A DNA stretch of 64,000 bases from an uncultured delta proteobacterium. GTDB taxonomy: Bacteria > Myxococcota > Myxococcia > Myxococcales > Myxococcaceae. This document shows, piece by piece, positions 62,710 through 64,000 of the stretch. Both the position numbers and the translations under genes were made by a program. The stretch lies in contig CAVQKE010000004.1 in NCBI GenBank assembly GCA_963713045.1, positions 192,001 through 256,000 on the forward strand, in the 5' to 3' direction. The notes beneath the pieces are model-generated. The model was not told where the DNA came from. It worked only from the letters and a program-made list of their open reading frames with translations, and did not search any database. Within the stretch, counting starts at the first letter, position 1, and each line of letters begins with the position of its first letter.

Positions 62710-63735
62710 ATGCTGATTCTCCTCCACGCGGATGTGACGGCCGAGCAGCAGCGGGACGTCGAGGACTACATTCGCACCCTCGGCTTTACCCCGCACGTCA
62801 TCCCCGGCACGCAGCGGACCGCGATTGGCATTACCGGCAACAAGGGCGCGGTCGACCCGGAGCCTTTCCGCCTGATGCCCGGCGTGGCGGATGCCATTCC
62901 CGTCAGCCAGCCCTTCAAGCTGGTGAGCCGTGAGGTGAAGCCCGAGGACACCGTCATCGACTTCGGCCAGGGCCTGTCCATCGGCGGTCCGGAAGTCATT
63001 GTCGCCGCCGGCCCCTGTTCGGTGGAGTCGCGCGAGCAAATTCTCTCCACCGCCGAGGCGGTGCAGGCCCAGGGGGCGAGGATGCTGCGGGGCGGGGCCT
63101 TCAAGCCCCGCACCTCGCCCTATGAATTTCAGGGCCTCAAGGGCGACGGGCTCCAGCTGCTGGCGGAGGCGCGCACCCAGACCGGGCTGCTGGTGGTGAC
63201 CGAAGTGAAGGACACCGAGAGTCTGCCGTTGGTGGCCGAGAAGGCAGACGTTTTGCAGATTGGCGCGCGCAACATGCAAAACTTCTCGCTGCTCGAGGCG
63301 GTGGGGGAGTTGCGGCGGCCAGTGCTTCTGAAGCGCGGAATGAGTGCCACCCTGAAGGAGATGCTGATGGCGGCGGAGTACATCGTCGCGCGCGGCAACC
63401 GCCAAGTGATTCTCTGCGAGCGCGGCATCCGGACGTTCGAGACGATGACCCGCAACACCTTCGACATCAACGCCATCCCGATGCTGAAGCAGCTCTCGCA
63501 CCTGCCGGTGTTTGCCGACCCGTCGCACGGCGTCGGAGTCCGCGGCAGCATCCCCAGCGTCGCCCGCGCCGCAGTGGCGGCCGGCGCGGACGGGCTGCTC
63601 ATCGAAGTCCACCCCAACCCGGCCAAAGCCCTCTCCGACGGCGCCCAATCCCTCACCTTCGCCGAATTCGAGTCGCTGATGCGCGGGGTGCGGGCGGTGG
63701 CGGCGGCGGTGGGCCGCTCCGTCGCCGGGGCATAG
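62710..63735 (+). CDS. aroF: 3-deoxy-7-phosphoheptulonate (DAHP) synthase, type I-beta
   Basis: [42 protein letters not shown]. Confidence 0.93.
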   Translation: MLILLHADVTAEQQRDVEDYIRTLGFTPHVIPGTQRTAIGITGNKGAVDPEPFRLMPGVADAIPVSQPFKLVSREVKPEDTVIDFGQGLSIGGPEVIVAAGPCSVESREQILSTAEAVQAQGARMLRGGAFKPRTSPYEFQGLKGDGLQLLAEARTQTGLLVVTEVKDTESLPLVAEKADVLQIGARNMQNFSLLEAVGELRRPVLLKRGMSATLKEMLMAAEYIVARGNRQVILCERGIRTFETMTRNTFDINAIPMLKQLSHLPVFADPSHGVGVRGSIPSVARAAVAAGADGLLIEVHPNPAKALSDGAQSLTFAEFESLMRGVRAVAAAVGRSVAGA

Positions 63736-63742
63736 CGCCCCG

Positions 63743-64000
63743 GTGCGCGCCTACCTGCGTCGCGCCCGCAGCTTCGACGGGGCCGTCGATGTGCCAGGGG
63801 ACAAGTCCATCTCCCACCGGGCGCTTCTCTTCTCCGCGCTGGCCAACACGCCGCTCACCCTTCAGCACCTTGCGCCGGGAGCCGACGTCCGCTCCACCGC
63901 CGCCTGCCTTCAGGCGCTCGGCGTCGAATGCACTCACCGGGCGGACGGCGTGCTGCAGGTGCGGGGCCGCGGCGCCCTGCTGCCGCCCGGCGGACCACTC
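63743..64000 (+). CDS. aroA: EPSP synthase, 5' part (runs off the right edge)
   Basis: Manual translation: VPGDKSISHRALLFSALA...GADVRSTAACLQALGV. Confidence 0.85.
   Translation, partial: MRAYLRRARSFDGAVDVPGDKSISHRALLFSALANTPLTLQHLAPGADVRSTAACLQALGVECTHRADGVLQVRGRGALLPPGGPL

Overview
GC-rich bacterial DNA from a myxobacterium-like organism (Myxococcota). The assignment rests on an FrzS-like pseudo-receiver/coiled-coil gene beside an ECF sigma/anti-sigma pair and alanine dehydrogenase, plus a LipB-Nudix fusion. The backbone is housekeeping: an HD-GYP regulator, thiO-like oxidase, lpdA-lipA-E2-lipB, ribA, moeA, rnr, mutS2, namZ, nadD, a Clp ATPase, a YIP1/TolC/MacAB-type exporter followed by a DUF692 (MNIO) enzyme, birA, coaX, frzS, an ECF sigma, ald, a radical SAM gene, DAHP synthase and the start of aroA. 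The most striking region is a ~9 kb co-oriented respiratory block (14.7-23.7 kb) between rnr and mutS2. It encodes a type-1-copper cupredoxin-like protein, an SCO/thioredoxin-like protein, a Cyc2-like monoheme cytochrome-porin fusion, two paralogous diheme c-type cytochromes and an A-family heme-copper oxidase whose subunit I lacks the canonical K-channel Thr/Lys. The layout resembles an outer-membrane-to-O2 electron-uptake chain like the Acidithiobacillus cyc2-cyc1-cox-rus operon; this function is inferred, not shown. Many genes in the block carry single-base frameshifts, so their boundaries are reconstructed by eye and approximate. No rRNA, tRNA, CRISPR array or transposase was recognised.
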